In this document: positions 59,455 through 64,000 of the stretch, piece after piece
How positions within the stretch are numbered: the first letter of the stretch is position 1
How the letters are laid out: each line of letters starts with the position of its first letter
Assembly: GCA_039815185.1 (NCBI GenBank)
Contig: JBCBZT010000002.1
Location: forward strand, 32,001-96,000
DNA length: 64,000 bases
Source: Cyanobacteria bacterium P01_A01_bin.123
GTDB taxonomy: Bacteria; Cyanobacteriota; Cyanobacteriia; Phormidesmidales; Phormidesmidaceae
Reading direction: 5' to 3'
Translations under genes and position numbers: made by a program
The notes under the pieces: generated by a model
Told to the model about the DNA's origin: nothing
Seen by the model: the letters and a program-made list of their open reading frames with translations, nothing else
Database searches by the model: none

Positions 59455-62400
59455 ATGGCTTCAAGCACAGACTACTCTCAAGCATATCAGAAAGCTGAGA
59501 GAGCCTATATGCAAGGCAGCTATGAAGAGGCTGCCGAGGCAATCGACCAGTTGGCAACCGAATATCCAACTGATCCTAATGTCTTGTTACTCCGAGGTCA
59601 TATTTATTGCTATGGTTTACAGCGATATGACATTGCCCGTGAGCAATATGAATCTGTCTTAGGGTTGACCTCTGATCCAGAGTTTATTGACTATGCCAAC
59701 AATGGACTAGCTTATGCCGGACAATTCGCCGATAGTGCTGTTGATGATCATGTTGACTACAGTACAGAAGAGGATTCCATAGGCCTCTATGGCGATGCTC
59801 CAATCGATGATTTTGATTTGGGTGAAGCTGATGCGGCGAGTCAATCGAACGCTGAGGAGAGTGATTGGCAAGAGTCGGCTGCAGCCAGTGCAGGCAGTGA
59901 GTTGTTGGATGAACCCCTTGATTTTGACGATTTAGAGCTGGATCAAACGGAAGCTAATCCCTTTGCCGATGGTTTGGATGGGGTAACAGAGGATGCTATC
60001 GGGTTTGAGGAATTTGGTGATAATCCCTTTGAAACTGATCCGGCAACGGCTTATGCAGACGCTGCTGCTCAAGTCGAATCTGAAGAAGAGCTAACAGAGT
60101 TTCTCGACCCGTTTACAGCAGATTCTGCTCTAGATGAGAGTGCGGATATAGCCGGAGACGCCGCTGTTCTAGATGGGCAGGCGAATGTGGTCGAAGCTGC
60201 CGAAGCATTAGATGATCCATTTTTGTCTGCCCCCTTGGAACCGGATGGAGTGGAGGCATTAACGGATGATCCTGATTTAGGGGAAGTGCCTGCTTTTGAG
60301 ATGGATAACATCCCTGGGCTTGATGAGGGGGATGACTTTGCAGATCCATTTGGTGAACAACCTGTGGCAGCAGGCGAGGAAAATCGCGATGTAGAAGCAG
60401 ATCTTGGCGATTTTGCCATGCCACCAGAGGATGAAGCTACTTTTGGTGCACCTGCGGCGTTTGCTGAAGATTATGGCGACGAGCAAACGCTGTTTATGAG
60501 TGAACCGATTGCGGATGAAGAGGGGTTGGAGGTAGATGAGGTGGTCAGCCCGGAAGCCGATGACCGGGTCAGCCTTGACTTTGAGGTTGAGGATGAAATG
60601 ACGTTTGTGGCCTCATCACAAGCATTAGAAGAAGATAATAACTTTGACGAACCTGAGTTTGACGAGCAAGATTTCTCGGATAATGGCGCGAGTCTGCCAG
60701 ATTTTGAGGAGTCTGAAAGCGGGCAAAGTAATGTTGACTTCTTAGATGAGTTTGATGAATTTGACGATTTAGGTAGCCTGCCTGACTTTGAGCTCTCGGA
60801 TAGCTCGGCTGGGTTTACAACGCCTTCGGTAGGCTCTTCTGGGTTTGGTGGTGGTGGCGAAAGTCCTGCTCATGAAAATAACTCTTCTTTCAATATTGGT
60901 GATAGTGGCGACCAGTCAGCCATTGGGGAAGAAGAGATTTTCACCATTTCTGAAACCAATGAGCAGATGCCCATTTTTACCCAAGGGGATGGGGCTGATG
61001 ACGAGTCCGTTGATGCAGCCAATCAAGGTTGGCTAGCGCCTTTAGAGAATGCATCGCTGGACACAAAGCGGTTAGTGGTGGCGGCAGCTGCCGGGATTGT
61101 CTCTGCGATCGCGGTTGCAGCCGTCAATTTTGGCTTTGCCAGTCGAACCCAAGCACCCAACCAGCCTTCCATGGCATCGAGATTTTATCCTGCTTTCATG
61201 GTTGGGGCCGCAGGGCTCGCCAGCTTTGGGACGGCTTATGGGGTGAGCTACTTTGCGAATCGCCGCGTTAAGCAGACTGTGGAGGAATTGAAAAGCCAGT
61301 TTGATTCTGTCGCTCAAGGCAACCTTTCTGCTCGGGTCAACCTTTACAGTGATGATGATTTCGGGCAGCTGGGTAAGCAGTTTAATCAGATGGCCCGGGG
61401 GATTTTAACCACTACTAGCGAGGCTCAACGCAAAGCCCAAGAGCAAGAGCAGGCAAAAGAAGATTTACAACGCCAGGTGATTCGGCTGCTGGACGATGTG
61501 GAAGGTGCAGCTCGGGGCGATTTGACTGTGCAGGCAGAGGTCACCCCTGACGTTTTGGGAGCCGTTGCTGATTCTTTTAACCTCACCATTCAGAACTTGC
61601 GAGAAATTGTGCAGCAGGTGAGCGTAGCGGCTCGGCAAGTGAGTAAGGGATCCGTGGAAAATGAAATGTTTGCCCGCAGTTTATCCTCTGATGCTCTGCG
61701 CCAAGCAGAAGAGTTGGCGGTAACGCTGAACTCGGTACAGGTGATGACGGATTCGATTCAACGGGTGGCTGAAAGTGCGCGGGAGGCTGAAGAAGTTGCG
61801 CGTTCGGCCTCGTCTACGGCGTTACGTGGCGGTGAAGCAGTGGAGCGTACCGTGGCGGGGATTTTGGAAATCCGTGAAACGGTTGCAGAGACTACCCGTA
61901 AGGTTAAACGCTTAGCCGAATCGTCCCAAGAGATTTCCAAGATTGTGGCGTTGATTTCGCAGATTGCCTCCCGGACTAACTTGTTGGCACTCAACGCTAG
62001 TATTGAAGCAGCCCGCGCTGGTGAAGCTGGAAGAGGGTTTGCGATTGTGGCTGATGAAGTCCGACAGCTGGCTGACCGAGCCGCCAAAGCATCGAAGGAG
62101 ATTGAACAAATCGTTTTACAGATTCAAAGTGAAACGAGCGGGGTGATGACTGCCATGGAAGAAGGAACCCAACAGGTCATTGAAGGGACGCGGTTGGCAG
62201 AGCAAGCGAAGCGATCGCTGGAGGATATCATTCAGGTATCCAATCGCATTGACGTCCTAGTTCGTTCGATTACCTCAGATACCGTCGAACAAACGGAAAC
62301 GTCAAGAGCGGTGGCTCAGGTAATGCAGTCGGTCGAATTAACGGCCCAGGAAACTTCCCAAGAAGCTCAGCGGGTATCAGCTTCTCTGCAAAATCTAGTC

Positions 62401-62469
62401 GGTGTTGCGCGAGATCTGTTGACCTCAGTTGAGCGCTTTAAAGTCGACTCTGCAGGGGAAGGGGTTTGA
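59455..62469 (+). CDS. Methyl-accepting chemotaxis protein with TPR-like N-terminus and long acidic linker (HmpD/PilJ-like)
   Basis: Two TM helices, [38 protein letters not shown]. Confidence 0.93.
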   Translation: MASSTDYSQAYQKAERAYMQGSYEEAAEAIDQLATEYPTDPNVLLLRGHIYCYGLQRYDIAREQYESVLGLTSDPEFIDYANNGLAYAGQFADSAVDDHVDYSTEEDSIGLYGDAPIDDFDLGEADAASQSNAEESDWQESAAASAGSELLDEPLDFDDLELDQTEANPFADGLDGVTEDAIGFEEFGDNPFETDPATAYADAAAQVESEEELTEFLDPFTADSALDESADIAGDAAVLDGQANVVEAAEALDDPFLSAPLEPDGVEALTDDPDLGEVPAFEMDNIPGLDEGDDFADPFGEQPVAAGEENRDVEADLGDFAMPPEDEATFGAPAAFAEDYGDEQTLFMSEPIADEEGLEVDEVVSPEADDRVSLDFEVEDEMTFVASSQALEEDNNFDEPEFDEQDFSDNGASLPDFEESESGQSNVDFLDEFDEFDDLGSLPDFELSDSSAGFTTPSVGSSGFGGGGESPAHENNSSFNIGDSGDQSAIGEEEIFTISETNEQMPIFTQGDGADDESVDAANQGWLAPLENASLDTKRLVVAAAAGIVSAIAVAAVNFGFASRTQAPNQPSMASRFYPAFMVGAAGLASFGTAYGVSYFANRRVKQTVEELKSQFDSVAQGNLSARVNLYSDDDFGQLGKQFNQMARGILTTTSEAQRKAQEQEQAKEDLQRQVIRLLDDVEGAARGDLTVQAEVTPDVLGAVADSFNLTIQNLREIVQQVSVAARQVSKGSVENEMFARSLSSDALRQAEELAVTLNSVQVMTDSIQRVAESAREAEEVARSASSTALRGGEAVERTVAGILEIRETVAETTRKVKRLAESSQEISKIVALISQIASRTNLLALNASIEAARAGEAGRGFAIVADEVRQLADRAAKASKEIEQIVLQIQSETSGVMTAMEEGTQQVIEGTRLAEQAKRSLEDIIQVSNRIDVLVRSITSDTVEQTETSRAVAQVMQSVELTAQETSQEAQRVSASLQNLVGVARDLLTSVERFKVDSAGEGV

Positions 62470-62561
62470 GCGAGCATTAAGGGTGGGCTACAAAGTCGGC
62501 AATCAAGTTTACTAGCGCTCCGCCGCTAGAAAAATAACGAAGCATTCAGGGAAAAAACACT

Positions 62562-64000
62562 ATGCAGCCTGAACAACAACAGCGAATCATGGGCTACTTC
62601 ATTGAGGAGGCCAAAGATCACCTCAATACGATTGAGCAAGGTTTGCTGAATCTTCAGGCAACAATTGGGGATGCCGAGATGGCCAACGAAGTATTTCGGG
62701 CGGCCCACTCCGTTAAAGGCGGGGCGGCGATGTTGGGGCTTGACAGCATCCAGCAAACTTCCCACCGCATGGAAGACTACTTTAAAATTCTCAAGGAGTC
62801 TCCGGTTCAGGTGGATCGGGCCCTAGAAACGATGTTTCTGCAAGTGTTTGATGCGCTGCAAGACTTACTCGACCAACTCCAAGGGCCTTTTGGGTTAACT
62901 GACGACAAAGCCCAGGAGATCATGACCAACGTTGAGCCAGTGTTTGGGCAAATTAGTACCCATCTGGATCAGCTCGTCGCCCAAGGGGCTTCGGCACCGT
63001 TGGCATCGCCTACCGCTCCCCCTCAAGTTGCTTCACCTGCAGCTACTCAAAGATCTGGTGTCGCCTATTCCGAGCAGAGTGCTTTGACCTTGGTGTTTAG
63101 AAGCGATGTGCCAGGGCATCTGCGGGATGTGTTGAATCTGTTCAAGCAAGCCGACAATGCCTCGACCCGTCAGCAACTGCAAGATTTGTGCGACACCTTG
63201 CATCGGATTGGCGAGCAGTTTGAACTAGCGCCGTGGTGTGACCTTGTGAAAACTGTACGGTTGGCGATTACAAGCCCAGAGAACAGCTATCGCAATCTCG
63301 CCCCAGTTGTGATCAAGGATTTGAAAAAAGGTCAAGACTTAGTCGTTGTCGGCAGGAGTGCCGAAGTGGCTGTTTCTGATGCGCTACAGGCTATGCTGCC
63401 AGAGGACGTGCTAGAGCTAGACGCAGCTTCTGATCTGGATGCATTGCTAGATGAAGCCTTGGACGAATCCCTGGAAGAACCGGATTTGAATGACTTGTTC
63501 GACGCGACAGCAGAACAAGTCGTTGAAGATCTGGCGTTTGAAGATCCTGGTGCTGACATATCGACCGATTCGTCAGAACTGGGCTTGGATGAACTCGACG
63601 GACTAGAAGCTTCTGATGCGGGGGATTTCGATGCCCTTTTTGGCGAAGCCGGTATGGCTACTCTAGACGGCGAGGGGATTAGTGGTGATAGTCACAGTTC
63701 CTTAAAATCCGGGCCAGAGGTAGGAACGGCCGAGCTAAATAGTCTGGCTGATTTGTTTGAAGGAGAAGGGGCCGACTTCAGTGATGCATGGCAAGAGGAA
63801 ACAGTGACCAGTGATGTCACTGTCTCTGCCAATGATTCAATGGATGTGGACATTACCAGTGATTTTTCAGATCTGTTACTGTCGGACGAAGCGGATGAGT
63901 CAGCTTCGTCGACAGAAGAAGAAGACCTCGCCGATTTGTTTGGCGACACCCTATTCGATACCCCTGAGGATAGTGCTGAAGCCAACGCTGATAGCCTAGA
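62562..64000 (+). CDS. CheA-like kinase (HmpE/PilL-like), 3' end outside the window
   Basis: MQPEQQQRIMGYFIEEAKDHL...FRAAHSVKGGAAMLG Hpt domain, then an acidic linker running to the window end. Confidence 0.9.
   Translation, partial: MQPEQQQRIMGYFIEEAKDHLNTIEQGLLNLQATIGDAEMANEVFRAAHSVKGGAAMLGLDSIQQTSHRMEDYFKILKESPVQVDRALETMFLQVFDALQDLLDQLQGPFGLTDDKAQEIMTNVEPVFGQISTHLDQLVAQGASAPLASPTAPPQVASPAATQRSGVAYSEQSALTLVFRSDVPGHLRDVLNLFKQADNASTRQQLQDLCDTLHRIGEQFELAPWCDLVKTVRLAITSPENSYRNLAPVVIKDLKKGQDLVVVGRSAEVAVSDALQAMLPEDVLELDAASDLDALLDEALDESLEEPDLNDLFDATAEQVVEDLAFEDPGADISTDSSELGLDELDGLEASDAGDFDALFGEAGMATLDGEGISGDSHSSLKSGPEVGTAELNSLADLFEGEGADFSDAWQEETVTSDVTVSANDSMDVDITSDFSDLLLSDEADESASSTEEEDLADLFGDTLFDTPEDSAEANADSL

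Noticed and set aside
1..64000. Numerous short antisense or nested ORFs in the track, and HIP1 abundance
   Set aside because: The ORFs are shadows of well-supported genes; HIP1 enrichment is a known general cyanobacterial trait.

Overview
Chromosomal window from a cyanobacterium, probably filamentous: the HIP1 octamer GCGATCGC is abundant and an hmp-type motility locus is present. Core genes (desB, dxs, lptA/lptB/lptF-G, msrP, panB, P-type ATPase, RND pump with TetR, hmpF plus a PatA/CheY/CheW/MCP/CheA cluster) alternate with accessory material. Highlights: (1) an alpha/beta-hydrolase gene and a NACHT-transmembrane gene that are joined in the -1 frame across C-CCT-TAA, with a perfect GC-rich stem right after the stop, a candidate programmed-frameshift NLR-like system; (2) dispersed genes pointing to methylated-amine nitrogen use (Tmm-like FMO plus MOSC, and a GS-like ligase behind an NtcA box followed by a secreted Cu amine oxidase); (3) an AT-rich helicase + DUF2290-like defence pair with a MITE between the genes; (4) a decaying kinase-type lasso-peptide cluster lying between two paralogous sRNA-like elements; (5) a TPP riboswitch upstream of a Na+/solute symporter; (6) two small secreted proteins missed or split by the ORF track; (7) several toxin-antitoxin modules with amputated toxins. 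Several one-base-deletion frameshifts could be sequencing errors. All family assignments come from motif recognition by eye; no database searches were run.
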